Source: Octopus bimaculoides (taxonomy: Eukaryota). From it: 63,072 nt of DNA. The notes under the pieces are model-generated. The model saw nothing but the letters and a program-made list of their open reading frames with translations. It searched no databases and had not been told where the DNA came from. Every line of letters begins with the position of its first letter. Within the stretch, counting starts at the first letter, position 1. The stretch lies in assembly GCF_001194135.2 (NCBI RefSeq), contig NC_068985.1:116821136-116884207 (forward strand). The letters are read 5' to 3'. Made by a program: the position numbers and the translations under genes. Of this stretch, positions 25,672 to 39,692 are shown piece after piece.

Positions 25672-26691
25672 ATATNNNNNNNNNNNNNNNNNNNNNNNNN
25701 NNNNNNNNNNNNNNNNNNNNNNNNNNNNNNNNNNNNNNNNNNNNNNNNNNNNNNNNNNNNNNNNNNNNNNNNNNNNNNNNNNNNNNNNNNNNNNNNNNNN
25801 NNNNNNNNNNNNNNNNNNNNNNNNNNNNNNNNNNNNNNNNNNNNNNNNNNNNNNNNNNNNNNNNNNNNNNNNNNNNNNNNNNNNNNNNNNNNNNNNNNNN
25901 NNNNNNNNNNNNNNNNNNNNNNNNNNNNNNNNNNNNNNNNNNNNNNNNNNNNNNNNNNNNNNNNNNNNNNNNNNNNNNNNNNNNNNNNNNNNNNNNNNNN
26001 NNNNNNNNNNNNNNNNNNNNNNNNNNNNNNNNNNNNNNNNNNNNNNNNNNNNNNNNNNNNNNNNNNNNNNNNNNNNNNNNNNNNNNNNNNNNNNNNNNNN
26101 NNNNNNNNNNNNNNNNNNNNNNNNNNNNNNNNNNNNNNNNNNNNNNNNNNNNNNNNNNNNNNNNNNNNNNNNNNNNNNNNNNNNNNNNNNNNNNNNNNNN
26201 NNNNNNNNNNNNNNNNNNNNNNNNNNNNNNNNNNNNNNNNNNNNNNNNNNNNNNNNNNNNNNNNNNNNNNNNNNNNNNNNNNNNNNNNNNNNNNNNNNNN
26301 NNNNNNNNNNNNNNNNNNNNNNNNNNNNNNNGCCCCCCCCCCACCCAATTGGCACACGGCAGCCTTATGACATGCATCGACTTTTGTATTCAAATGGTGT
26401 TTTAACCCAATGTTTACATACTATTATTGATAGTTTCTCAACTTCGAATTCAACTGTTAAAAACCAATGATTTCGATAAATTCACAAATGAGTGCATTTA
26501 ATTTCTGATGCGATTTGTTGAATAAATAAGCCTGAACCAACACATTTACTGTAACAGTTAAAAAACAACGAAAATGACATTGTCAGTACCTGTGCCTTTG
26601 TCAACATTTACATAGATAATGGTTTCACAAGACACAAAATAATCACCTTTAGAACACAATTTATATTATATATATACATATATGTTTATTA

Positions 26692-26923
26692 TTTCTTTAC
26701 TACCCACAAGGGGCTACACACAGAGAGGACAAACAAGGGCAGACAAACGGATTAAGTCGATTACATCGACACTAGTGCGTAACTGGTACTTATTTTAATC
26801 GACCCCGAAAGGATGAAAGGCAAAGTCGACCTCGGCGGAATTTGAACTCAGAACGTAGCGGCAGACGAAATACCGCTAAGCATTTCACCCGGCGTACTAA
26901 CGTTTCTGCCAGCTCGCCGCCTT
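26692..26923 (-). mobile_element. SINE (OK-like family, tail type a), full length
   Basis: Close match to 56125-56349 and 50930-51158; B-box-like GAGTTCAAATTCC on the minus strand. Confidence 0.93.
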
Positions 26924-26929
26924 ATATAC

Positions 26930-26988
<59 letters not shown>

Positions 26989-27827
26989 CATATACATATG
27001 CATGTATGGATATGTATACACACACAGCAGGGATACAATGAACGAGATAGAAATGCTGTTGTTCACGGAATGTCCGGTCTTCAAATAAGCCCGTCTTACA
27101 TCAACTTTAATGTTAATAAGTAGAATTGTCTAACATCTGGTGATAACAGTCCCGTTTTTCCTGCATTTACGCTGCACATTTATCAGTCATGATAGCGCAA
27201 CTATCTGTAATTATGAACCTCACTTACGTTGCACGATATTCAACTGTTTCCTCTAGCTACGTAGTTGGCAACTCACATTTCATCATTTTAGGCTTTGATT
27301 TTCTTACCTCTACTGTTCTTATACAATCTGCATATGCGAACATCACGCAATAACGTTGACGGTAGAGAAATCACACACATCCGACCATGATACGACAGTT
27401 CGATGGCAGCTCTATTTGAACAACAGACCTGATGTAGTGAATAATAAAGCAGGTGATAACTTCCATTCACTTCAACCAACGTTACTTCGTTACAATTTCA
27501 ACTTCGAGTATAACTGTTTATGAAGTAAGTCTTTGACGAATTACATTCCAAGGAATATCCAGCAGAATGAATATCCAAAGCAGTAACTCAGTTATCCCAT
27601 TTCCCATAAAACTTTATTCTCTCATATTTTCACTGTAGCGAAATTATGAGATGTAGGTATGGATGCCATTGAATATAAAACTGTATACATACCCATTTGT
27701 AAATCTTTACTGTTATTAATGTTGACATCTTAAAACGTTTTATGTATTGTACGGTAATTCAAATCTGCACTTTGAAAACTACTGTTAAATATTTACCTAT
27801 CGTTCTGTCTGTCTGCACGTTTGTATG

Positions 27828-27874
<47 letters not shown>

Positions 27875-27950
27875 GTATATATATATATTTCGTTTTTGTA
27901 TTTGGTTTACAAGATTCTTCATNNNNNNNNNNNNNNNNNNNNNNNNNNNN

Positions 27951-27999
<49 letters not shown>

Positions 28000-29155
28000 T
28001 CATATATGTATGTATGTGTGTGTGTGCATGTGCATTTACGTTATATATATGTATATGTATACATGCATGCTTCTATGAATCAGTATATAAAGAGTTATAA
28101 CTTTGTGTGTGTGTGTGTGTGATTGTGCACGTTGCCATGTCTGGTCACATGTGTCTTAGTAAAGGTGTTAGCCTCAATATGCGCAGATGATAGAGAAACC
28201 TTCCATGAAAGCTCAGCTGTAATTGTAGACACTCTACTCTATATTACCGGAAATAGATAAAGAGACCCAAATAATGTGGTATAATAATGTTCTTCCCCGA
28301 ATTTCAATAATTCATAGCCCAAGGGACCCTAAAGGACATATCAGGATCTATGAACTTTACTTGATTTTACCTTATCTGGACCAGTAGTTCATCTCGATTC
28401 TGCAGATATCTATCAGAGAAAATTGTAACAAGAATTGTATAGGGCCACAAATGAAGATTAATATGTTAGCTGAAATGGAGTCGATAATTGCTTCCGGTTT
28501 AAATGACATTTACATTGGCAATTCTATAATAAATTAAAGTAAAACGTTCATTATGCAAATCGGATTGCCACAGTTTATGGTCTCTGCTGTCTGATACAAA
28601 TGTAGGCAACAAAATGCAATAAATTAGTATAATGTCCGAAAGTTATTTGTTACTTGGCTTGCTTAAATTCAAAGAAAGATGCTATTATCGCAGGAAAATA
28701 ATGCCTTGGACATAATTTGTTTGTTTTAGTTAAGACATTATATATTATGAGTTCAAACCACGCCGGTATCAAATATGTCCTTACCATTCTGGGCTGATAA
28801 AATTCGTAAACAGAATTTATGAAATCTGTTACACTGAATATAAAAATCTATAATATAGTGAAAATACCATTATATTCAACTGCACTGAGGTTAAAACTAA
28901 CAATCCGGCATTTCACTTCTTGACCGGCAAATGGAAAATGGCAACTAATGAAGCATCTTTCAGTTTCTCCATTCTAAGAAAGCGCCAAAGACTATACACT
29001 CCTCACTATAACCAAGCGGTGATATTTCACGAACTATAATCTACATTGACTAAATTACACAACTCCACTTACGCATGTTTGTAGCTGGATGGTAACATTA
29101 TAAATCATTAAAATTTGCAGATATTTGGTAGTGTATGTGTGTGGGTGTGGGTATA

Positions 29156-29270
<115 letters not shown>

Positions 29271-29499
29271 GTATTCTATTTTTAATCACTTAAATTCTTG
29301 CACTGAAGGAGCTGGTTTCTAGTAGAGATACAAAGCTCCATCTTTCGAATGTAGATTACGAAAACAATATCATATTTTAAACCTGAGAAAAGTTTTGCCT
29401 ACTGTTACTGTTTCCCTTGCTGATTGTATTTGTAAGATGCGAATCAGTCGGTTGATTTTTTTCTGAAAATCTAAGCTTATACTTACGGACAATTACGCA

Positions 29500-30170
29500 C
29501 TTAGTTACAAAACCAAATTATTCTTTTCTTATTGATATGAATGTGAATTTGTAATCGAGATGTGTAAGCTTGAGGTTTCGAAGCAGTTGTCCATAGTTAT
29601 CTTCCTTGTCTTTGATTTTCAAAGAGATATTCACATCAGCAGGAGAGCTGACTTCTATGACAGTACGTACCCTTTCCAAACCCAAACAGCAATATCCGGG
29701 CTGTTATGCTCCAAAATGATCTTGTTTTCATAAAAGTTTTGATAGGGATGTTCCACCATCATTCCTCGTGCTGATATTTGTGTACGTATTAAATAACAGG
29801 GGAATTCTATATATTTATTCCAAGCCAGTCTTTCTTTCGAATGGCGTAGTATATTGTTTTTGCGACAAACTCATGTCACACAGGGAAATAGTAACTTGAT
29901 GATGTTTTGGGGCAGCTGCTAATCACGTGCGTGATGACTTCCACAAAAATATGACAATCTCTCTTTTGCTGATTAGGTGTTTCGTAGTAATCTCCTGTTC
30001 TTGGATTGCAAATACATAGCCTTCGCAGTGTGATGTCATGTAGCGATCACGAGACCAAGAGAGGCATCGCTTCATGTCAATGTTAGTATCTTCTTCAATT
30101 CTTCTTTGAGGTAAGTCGGACTGATTTGGGGTAGTATGGGAGGTCATCAGGAAGAGAATAATTACTTCCT
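29500..30170 (-). mobile_element. Dong/R4 LINE fragment (zinc knuckle and RLE endonuclease region), decayed
   Basis: SRDRYMTSHCEGYVFAIQEQEITTKHL, ITHVISSCPK..YY, WWNIPIKT, ADVNISLKIKDKEDNYGQLLRNLK are R4-clade C-terminal motifs. Confidence 0.82.
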
Positions 30171-30286
30171 AGCTCACATCCGATTCCTTGGATATTGTTA
30201 TATATGTATGTATGTACAATAAATATGTATGTATGCATGTATGTATTTATATACACGCACACATATATATGTAGATAGATAGATAC

Positions 30287-30729
30287 ATTTATTTTATTAG
30301 CCACACAGGGCTCAACGAAGATGGGACAAATACAATGTAGAGCTTTTCTTTTTGGGTGGGGGAAGGAAGAAAAAAAAGGGTGGTGTCGATCAAAAGGGAT
30401 CGTAGGAAGGGAAAAAGGGGGAGTTCAATCAAAAGGGATCGGAAAAAAAAGAAAGAAAGGCCGATCAATAGGGATCGTGTATCACACAGTAATGTTCTCG
30501 TGTAAAAAGAGGGGAGGACAGTTTAGGTTTAGCCGTGGAAAGAAAAGCCTACGGAAAAGACCACGGTAACCTTGGTCAATATTCTCATTGAAGAAACTAT
30601 AACAGTAAGTGACTCTCTTTTGCCTTTTTGTATTATTTTTTTTTCTTGGATTTTTTTCTAGTTCAAAGGGTTATGCTCAAGATGGCTCCGTCGTTCACAC
30701 GTGCCATCCTTGCTATATTCACCCATCTT

Positions 30730-30730
<1 letters not shown>
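30287..30730 (-). mobile_element. 5'-truncated 3' end of a Tx1-like LINE (last ORF2 codons and 3' UTR)
   Basis: Minus frame RWVNIARMARVNDGAILSITL* then a pyrimidine-rich UTR with GATCCCTTTTGATC repeats, ending GCCCTGTGTGGCTAATAAAATAAA; C-terminus comparable to that of the 58677-59438 fragment. Confidence 0.7.
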
Positions 30731-30790
<60 letters not shown>

Positions 30791-31672
30791 TGACATGGGT
30801 GTTATGCGATCAATATTCAGTTTCATTTCTTACAGGATTGTATACGCTGTTGAAACTTAACCCAGGTCAGGCCAGCACTAGTAAATCACCAGTAACAGAC
30901 ATCCCAGATACGAACACCCGGTGTATTTCTGATGGAGAAATAACTCAGGATTACATCACTCAATATGACATTCTGTAAAACATCTCAGAGACATTCTACA
31001 CTTCAGAGAGTTATAGCTGTAAATTTCTTGTCGCTCATGCCACCATGTAGCGAATATTTTGTTGGATATAGTTTGCTGAATGAGGTTTATTTGAAACAAA
31101 AAAAAAAGAAAGTCTTAAGAAGGTTGAAAATTGTAGAAGGTTGCTATTATAGGAGGAAGTATTGTAATAGTAAAGTATAATTCAAATTTACGTTCTCGTT
31201 CGTTAACTGTTTTATTTCCGTTTGTAAATGAGTAAAAGTGTGCAACATTCTCTGCGAATGTGTCTCATGATGAGATGTACATGGGACGTGTATGTTAACG
31301 AGAGCTAAAATATATACATGTCAAGACTGTGTGTGTATGTGTGTCTCTATTTCCATGAGTTTTATGTTTATTTTGTGAGGATGGGAACGAGTACGTCCGC
31401 GTGTGTATGAGCGTCTGTATCTCACTGTATATATACACAAAACTGTGAATTTGTATATATATGTACACATGAGTATATGTTTCCGACGTATATGTCTGTA
31501 TGGCTTTATAAGTGATTAATGTATACCACCGTTATATATGTGTGTGTGTAGATGTATGCCTCTATGTAAATGCACATGTGAATGAATGTGTGTGTGGATA
31601 TATACACAAGTGAATGTGTGACTATATATATAGACATATATATATGTCTATATATATATATATATATATATA

Positions 31673-31704
<32 letters not shown>

Positions 31705-31768
31705 CGTATATGCACATACATGTATATATAGATACACACACACACACACGCACACACACACACACACG

Positions 31769-31802
<34 letters not shown>

Positions 31803-32526
31803 CATATATGCGTGTGTGTTGGAGTGTAATTGTGAATATGTGTGTATTTGTGTATCTTGCTATTTGTTCTGTATACAGTAATACTTGAACAACAATTGGG
31901 CACTTGGAATTGTCTCAAGAATGCTGATAACATTCTAGAAGGAGGTTAATTATCTTCACAGATAAAACTGATTGCAAAGCTCACACAATTTGGTCCTGAA
32001 AATTGGTTCGCCGAGAGAACTTCATTGATCTGAATGCTTTTTATTTCACAAATAAATAATGGTTTGGGGTGGGAACTTCTCTTCGTCGTTTGAATATTTT
32101 AGTTGTTTTTTTTTGTTTTTTTTTGTATTCTATGTATTCATAGATGTTTACGTATTTTTAATATATTTTTTATATACTTTTCATTTCTTTTATTCTTTTT
32201 TTGTTTCAATTGAATGTGTTCGGTGTTGAAAGTGTTGGCTGATATATTCATTAAAAATGTTGATGGGATAGACACGTTAAGGCCTGATGTTGATTAGATA
32301 GACGTGCGCCTGTTTTGGTGACAAAACACACATACACAAGTGAGCGTGCCTCCACGTGCATGCGTACACACGTATACATACACGCATTTGAAGTCAGTCA
32401 CACACACACATACAAGCATACACACAAGGTTTCTAGGTTTTGACTGAATTGGTAGCTACTCTGTAAATGTGGGATACACACATATGTATATATATTTATA
32501 TACATAGATGCATACGTACACACATA

Positions 32527-32626
<100 letters not shown>

Positions 32627-32861
32627 GAGCGAGAGAGAGAGAGAGCGAGAGAGAGAGAGAGATAGAGACAGACAGACAGACAGATAGATTGAGATAGAGA
32701 TAGAGATAGAAACATACATACATATATACATCTATATATATATGCGTATATGCATATACATACGTATGTATATATATATATACATATGTATATATATATA
32801 TATATATATATTTATATACACACATATATAAATATAAATATGTATATATTTATATGTATAA

Positions 32862-32912
<51 letters not shown>

Positions 32913-33584
32913 GGTTAATCCCAAGTGTTTCCACAGTCCGAAACGTTCCATATATTAAATGTGCACATTTAAATTTATTTGCGATGTATTCCCAAACACG
33001 TTCTTATGGTACATTATCTTTTGTCATTTTGATGTCGTTGTGCAATAGCATTATTTCCTTATATGTAACACCAATCTGCGAAATGGATAAGAATTTTGTT
33101 CAACTTATCTATTCTTCACATTGGCAATTTTTAAGATGTCTTTAATCATTCAGTATAGGAATCGTGGTACAACTATGAAATTCTACCAATCCATCTCCCT
33201 GTAGATTTACGTAAATATCCTGGATTACACTAGCTATTCTTGCTTGCAAAACATCCATCCGATGAAATACAGTTTAATAATTACTAACCTTTACCTTTCC
33301 ATATAAATTACGTTGATATGATCATAATTTCTTAAAACATGAATCATTAAACCATTGTTGTAAATCTTTTCATTGACGTCAAGAAATATTCCAGGCTTGT
33401 ACATATCACTTTTACATTCAATTAGTCATTATTTCGTAGGCGTATCTGGTCATCCATATCTTTTATATCAACTATAGTTGCATATTCGCACCTATGTAAA
33501 TTCGAGTAATGCGTAGCTGAGTTCAATTGTTTTGAAAAACTAAAAGATCCAAATACATGTTTTGAATAATAATTTCTGTATTAA

Positions 33585-33649
<65 letters not shown>

Positions 33650-33938
33650 NNNNNNNNNNNNNNNNNNNNNNNNNNNNNNNNNNNNNNNNNNNNNNNNNNN
33701 NNNNNNNNNNNNNNNNNNNNNNNNNNNNNNNNNNNNNNNNNNNNNNNNNNNNNNNNNNNNNNNNNNNNNNNNNNNNNNNNNNNNNNNNNNNNNNNNNNNN
33801 NNNNNNNNNNNNNNNNNNNNNNNNNNNNNNNNNNNNNNNNNNNNNNNNNNNNNNNNNNNNNNNNNNNNNNNNNNNNNNNNNNNNNNNNNNNNNNNNNNNN
33901 NNNNNNNNNNNNNNNNNNNNNNNNNNNNNNNNNNNNNN

Positions 33939-33987
<49 letters not shown>

Positions 33988-34204
33988 ATGTATGTATTTC
34001 CGAGCTCGGTCAATAATTGATATTACGTTATGGACGATCCTAATGCTTTACTGTAAAGCACAATTTTGTGGAGGTCTATCAACAGCATTTTGTTATTGTC
34101 ATGCCTAAATGGAATCATTGTATATATATATATGTATATATACATGCGTGTGTGTATACATGTCTATATGTATATTGATATACGTATTCATTTGTGTGTG
34201 TCTA

Positions 34205-34430
34205 TATAAATGAGCAATTGGAGGATGCTAAAACAACTGGGCCTCTATTCCTTAGAGAGAAGATGGGAAAGATATACTGTTATACATATATGTAAAATCC
34301 TGGAAGTTCTAGCAGCCTGCATTCCGATTGGAAGCTATACTAACCTCTGAAATGGACGCTCTACTAGATCGTACCAAAGATGCCCTTCTTTCCATCTAGA
34401 TTAAGGACCAGGTAGTCAGGGGCCCGTAGC
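34205..34430 (+). mobile_element. Short CR1/L2-group LINE relic (same region as 4863-5100)
   Basis: WRMLKQLGLYSLERRWERYTVIHICKILEVL. Confidence 0.75.
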
Positions 34431-34961
34431 TTCTGCGCTGCATAATTAAAGCAAAATTAAGTTGCGATATCAATAATCTTTACATTAAAAGAGCTACTTC
34501 TGACTCGAAATTTTGCGATATTTGTAAACACATGAGACCCACTCGCTTTTCGGGGACGATGAGCTGAAATAACAACGAAACATCAATATCTCGCGTTCCA
34601 CGATCACCTACGGGTCGATTCCGTCTGAATGTTTTGGAGGTGAAATGTCTCTTTTTTAACACTCGACGTATAAAACGGACTTTCCTGGACGAAATGCTGC
34701 AGTTGAAAAATGTTTAAACAAAACACATGCATATACATATACATACCTAGACATACTTAGAGAGATTCGAGACCTTACAGCAGTCAACAATAAGTAATTA
34801 GTACAATTAGAACCGCAAATTTACTTTGCAAAAGGTATTGCTACGTTATCTCTATAGTTGTCATTATTCAGTAATTTCAGGTAACAAAATGATATCACCT
34901 AAAGAAAATTACATACAGCCTTCCCGGTGGTGAAATTTCCCTCATAATTATTCAGATATAT

Positions 34962-35107
34962 TGGCTTCAAATTTTGGCGCAAGGACAACAATTTGGAGGG
35001 AAGAAGAAGTCGATTAAATCAACCCCACTACTTAAATTATGCTATCGACCCCGAAAGGATAAAAGGCGAAGTGAGTGTTGGCAGAACTCAGAACGTAAAG
35101 GTGGACG
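34962..35107 (-). mobile_element. SINE (OK-like family, tail type c), partial
   Basis: TTCAAATTTTGGCGCAAGG..GTCGATTAAATCAACCCC..ATCGACCCCGAAAGGATAAAAGGC..AACTCAGAACGTAA. Confidence 0.75.
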
Positions 35108-35622
35108 ATTTATTCACATATATTTAATCCACATTCCCTTTTTATTATACACGATGTTAGGTAAGTAAAAAAAAAATGCGTCTTTGTTGAATAGTTATTC
35201 ATGTCAGAAATGGAGTGTTTCTGTTCCTCTTTCGATGTTGATTTCCTAACAGACATTGTTCCTTTCTCTCTCAGCCTTAGATATACAAAGATTTGATAAA
35301 ACTAGTTTATAAATTAAAACTGACCCCATAAAATAGTGACAAGCAAAATCTATGATAAGTCATTCTTCTTGATACCTTAGTAGCTTCTAAGCTGAAGTGA
35401 AGGCAGCATGTTCTTTGTCTTTTTCCTTACCTTCTTGGAGATTTTAGGCAAAATAATACTAATTATATGTCTTTATGCAACTGAGGATTGCTCTGCATTT
35501 AAATTAAATGGAGTTGCCTAAAACGATCGTACTGCATTACTTTGTTGGTAATGCAGTTACCCTTGTTGCTTGTTTTGGTTATATATATAAACCGATAGAA
35601 TAAGTGCTTACAAAGAACATTG

Positions 35623-35842
35623 TTTTATTATTTTATTTGTTTCAGACATTTGACTTTGGCCATGCTGTTGCACCGCTTTTCGTGGAGCAAATCGACCCTA
35701 GGACGTATTCTTCGTAAGCCTAGTACTTATTTTATCGGTCTCTTTGGCAGATCCGCCAAGTTACGGGGAGGTAAACACACGCACATCGGTAATAAAGCGA
35801 TGTTAGGGAGACAAATACAGACACACAAATATATACACGCAC

Positions 35843-35905
<63 letters not shown>

Positions 35906-36066
35906 CGCCGCGAACTTTCAGTTTCCTTCTACCAAAATCCAATCTCAAGGCTTTGGTCAGACCGAGGCGATAGTAGAAGACTTGCTCAAGGTACCAGGCA
36001 GTGGGACTGAACTCGGAACACTTTGCTTGGTAAGCATGCTACCTACCACACAGCCACTCCTGCGAC
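35623..36066 (-). mobile_element. SINE (OR-like family), full length, with internal (TA)n
   Basis: Minus-strand head CGCAGGAGTGGCTGTGTGGTAGG (A box) and GAGTTCAGTCCC (B box), then CTTGAGCAAGTCTTCTACTAT; family tail present. Confidence 0.92.
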
Positions 36067-36163
36067 TATAATATAATATAATAAAATATAACATAACTTA
36101 AATTTGAGGCACCTGGTTAGGTGAGAATAAAATGCACGCACGACAAGGAATTTTAGATGAATA

Positions 36164-36506
36164 TGTTGTGTGGACGCCCCCAGACGATAAGTATGCTAGT
36201 CCAGTACGTATAAATACTGGACGTGATAGCTAGACAGAATTGTCGCGTAGAGCGAGACGGAGACTTCGGTAGACTACACGTCGAGTTCTGTTGAGTCGAG
36301 CCGTCGGAAGTGAGAGTTCAGTAGCTGAGGAGCGGTACGTCATTGACGAAGATAAGACATCCGAACGTGCGATATAACAGAATACCATTCTTAGTACCGA
36401 GGAACTGGCAGAATCATATTCAGAGTAATTTATGCGTTAATTGGAACCAACCAAGTAAATAATTCGCTCTTGAGCTATTCAAACATTTACATTTTATTAA
36501 AATACA
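36164..36506 (+). mobile_element. Probable solo LTR (~343 bp)
   Basis: TGT...ACA termini, TATAAATA at 36209-36216, late ATTAAA, CpG-rich against an AT-rich background; no clean TSD. Confidence 0.55.
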
Positions 36507-36528
36507 ATGTATGTATGTCCATCAGTTG

Positions 36529-36597
<69 letters not shown>

Positions 36598-36630
36598 CGT
36601 GTGTGTGTAAGGANNNNNNNNNNNNNNNNN

Positions 36631-36685
<55 letters not shown>

Positions 36686-36695
36686 CGTGTGTGTG

Positions 36696-36805
36696 TAAGG
36701 ATTTCGTAATAAGATAAAAAAACCAAGGCTGTGTATAATATAGAATATTTATAAATAAATGTTCTATCTTATACACAACCTTGGTTTTTTATTACGAAAT
36801 CCTTA
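36696..36805. repeat. 110-bp near-perfect palindrome (possible tiny MITE)
   Basis: TAAGGATTTCGTAATAA..AAAACCAAGG.TGTGTATAA.ATAGAA.ATTTA mirrored around a ~4-nt loop. Confidence 0.88.
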
Positions 36806-38351
36806 TATTTACACGCTGATATATGACCTACTTTGGACCCCTTGTTCGCATAATCACAGAACCTGGAGGTTAACTATGGTCGTCTATCCACAGCACTTAC
36901 TCAGCATTACCTGAAACCTCTGGATCTAATTGACACCACTTTCGCTCATGACCTATATATACGAGTTGTTATAACTTGCCTGAATATCTCGTGTACCCAC
37001 GGGGGAAAAATCTCTGAGATAAGGGTCTCACTCAAAGAAAATAACGTATATTATTAATATTACTGAGTAAACGTTTTCTGATAGTCGACACTAAGCGGTT
37101 ATGAATATATATCTATCATCGATTTTTTTGCCTCTGTCTGTCTCTATATATCTCTCCCCCTCTCCCTTCTTTCTCTCTCACATATATATGTGTGTGTGCG
37201 TGTATGTATGTGTATATATATGTACATATGTATATATATATATATATATATACATATGTGTCTCTGTGTATGTGCATATATATATGCGTGTGTGTGTGTG
37301 TATGTGTGCGTATATGTATATATACATGTATATATGTATATATATATATATATATNNNNNNNNNNNNNNNNNNNNNNNNNNNNNNNNNNNNNNNNNNNNN
37401 NNNNNNNNNNNNNNNNNNNNNNNNNNNNNNNNNNNNNNNNNNNNNNNNNNNNNNNNNNNNNNNNNNNNNNNNNNNNNNNNNNNNNNNNNNNNNNNNNNNN
37501 NNNNNNNNNNNNNNNNNNNNNNNNNNNNNNNNNNNNNNNNNNNNNNNNNNNNNNNNNNNNNNNNNNNNNNNNNNNNNNNNNNNNNNNNNNNNNNNNNNNN
37601 NNNNNNNNNNNNNNNNNNNNNNNNNNNNNNNNNNNNNNNNNNNNNNNNNNNNNNNNNNNNNNNNNNNNNNNNNNNNNNNNNNNNNNNNNNNNNNNNNNNN
37701 NNNNNNNNNNNNNNNNNNNNNNNNNNNNNNNNNNNNNNNNNNNNNNNNNNNNNNNNNNNNNNNNNNNNNNNNNNNNNNNNNNNNNNNNNNNNNNNNNNNN
37801 NNNNNNNNNNNNNNNNNNNNNNNNNNNNNNNNNNNNNNNNNNNNNNNNNNNNNNNNNNNNNNNNNNNNNNNNNNNNNNNNNNNNNNNNNNNNNNNNNNNN
37901 NNNNNNNNNNNNNNNNNNNNNNNNNNNNNNNNNNNNNNNNNNNNNNNNNNNNNNNNNNNNNNNNNNNNNNNNNNNNNNNNNNNNNNNNNNNNNNNNNNNN
38001 NNNNNNNNNNNNNNNNNNNNNNNNNNNNNNNNNNNNNNNNNNNNNNNNNNNNNNNNNNNNNNNNNNNNNNNNNNNNNNNNNNNNNNNNNNNNNNNNNNNN
38101 NNNNNNNNNNNNNNNNNNNNNNNNNNNNNNNNNNNNNNNNNNNNNNNNNNNNNNNNNNNNNNNNNNNNNNNNNNNNNNNNNNNNNNNNNNNNNNNNNNNN
38201 NNNNNNNNNNNNNNNNNNNNNNNNNNNNNNNNNNNNNNNNNNNNNNNNNNNNNNNNNNNNNNNNNNNNNNNNNNNNNNNNNNNNNNNNNNNNNNNNNNNN
38301 NNNNNNNNNNNNNNNNNNNNNNNNNNNNNNNNNNNNNNNNGTTGTTGGTGA

Positions 38352-38386
<35 letters not shown>

Positions 38387-38439
38387 ATCGGAAAGTTGTG
38401 ATGTTGATAAAGATAATATTAATAATAATAATAATAATA

Positions 38440-38475
<36 letters not shown>

Positions 38476-38541
38476 GTTCAGTAGTTTTATTTTTATAACG
38501 TGCTTTCACTTCACTACCGAGCGCAGCTCTGTGCGCCTTGG

Positions 38542-38594
<53 letters not shown>

Positions 38595-38726
38595 ACTGTT
38601 ATTATTATTATTATTTCGGCCCTTCGTAGTAATAAATTCATTGTTTCTTTCCTTATAAATAGTCATCTGACTGTTTAAATGAGAATTAAAATGCAACTTG
38701 TTGCAATGTTGCAACATCTTTTGAAA

Positions 38727-39692
38727 ATGGAAAAAAAAATGTCATCATGGTATTATCAAGTGCCTGCAGAAAATGGATTCACGTTGCCATGGTTGCTACA
38801 TCAGAGGATGGCGCATCAACCTTATCAGAAATGCAAAAAGTGGCAACTGAATTCAGGAGAGAAAGAGAATCTTGAAAATGGCTGAAGGTCTGGATGGTCT
38901 CCACCATCCATCATCATGGAAAACATTCACCGTGTTCACCCCATGGTTTTGGATGACAAGGGATCGTATATAAATCAAATAGTTAATACTATTAGTATTT
39001 ACCGTGAGAGAGTTGAGAATATTCTACACAACAAACGTAGCATAAGGAAGGCTTCTGCTCCGTGGGTGCCACGTCTTTTGACACCTGTTCAAAAGTGCAC
39101 CAGTCCTATCACACCAAGGGCAACATCCAGCTGGTTTCCTTGAATGCTTCCTAACTCATTATGAATGTTGGCTTCATCATTTTGAACCAAAGAATAAGGG
39201 AAAATCCATGCAGAGGAAGCAACCATCTCCACCTGCTCCAAAGAGAGCCAAGGTTGTTTCATCTGCAGGGAAGGTGATGGTTCCAATTTTGGGGAATACA
39301 AAAAGCATTTTGTTTATTGACTAACTTCAAAAACCCCGTACCATTAATGGAGAGTGCTATGCCAACTTGCTGAGGCAGTTATGAATGCTATCGAGTCAAA
39401 ACGTCCAGGAAAACTGACCTGAAGAAACGGGTCTTGTTTCATCAGGACAATGCTCTAGGACACAAGTGCATGGTTTCAATGGCTGTTGTGCATGACTGCA
39501 GCTTTCAGCTAGTTGATCACAATCTCTATTCTATTGATTTGGACCTTCTGTTCTGCAACATGAAAAAAAGTACTTGGCTGGGAACCGGGAACACAGTTAT
39601 GATAACGTCATATCTTCACAAATGGTATCCAAGCTCTGCTACATCGATGGGAGAAGTGTGTGGACTGCAAGGGTGACTACGTTGAAAAATAA
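38727..39692 (+). mobile_element. Decayed mariner transposase pseudogene
   Basis: MEK start, KWQLNSG..ENIHRVH, ISIYRERVENILHN, WVPRLLTP motif, FHQDNA, degenerate YSPDL, end DYVEK*; multiple frameshifts; TIRs not recognised. Confidence 0.9.

Noticed and set aside
36580-36703. Duplicated (TG)n-GCGTGCGTGTGTGTGTAAGGA on both sides of a 17-N gap
   Set aside because: Typical scaffold overlap artefact.
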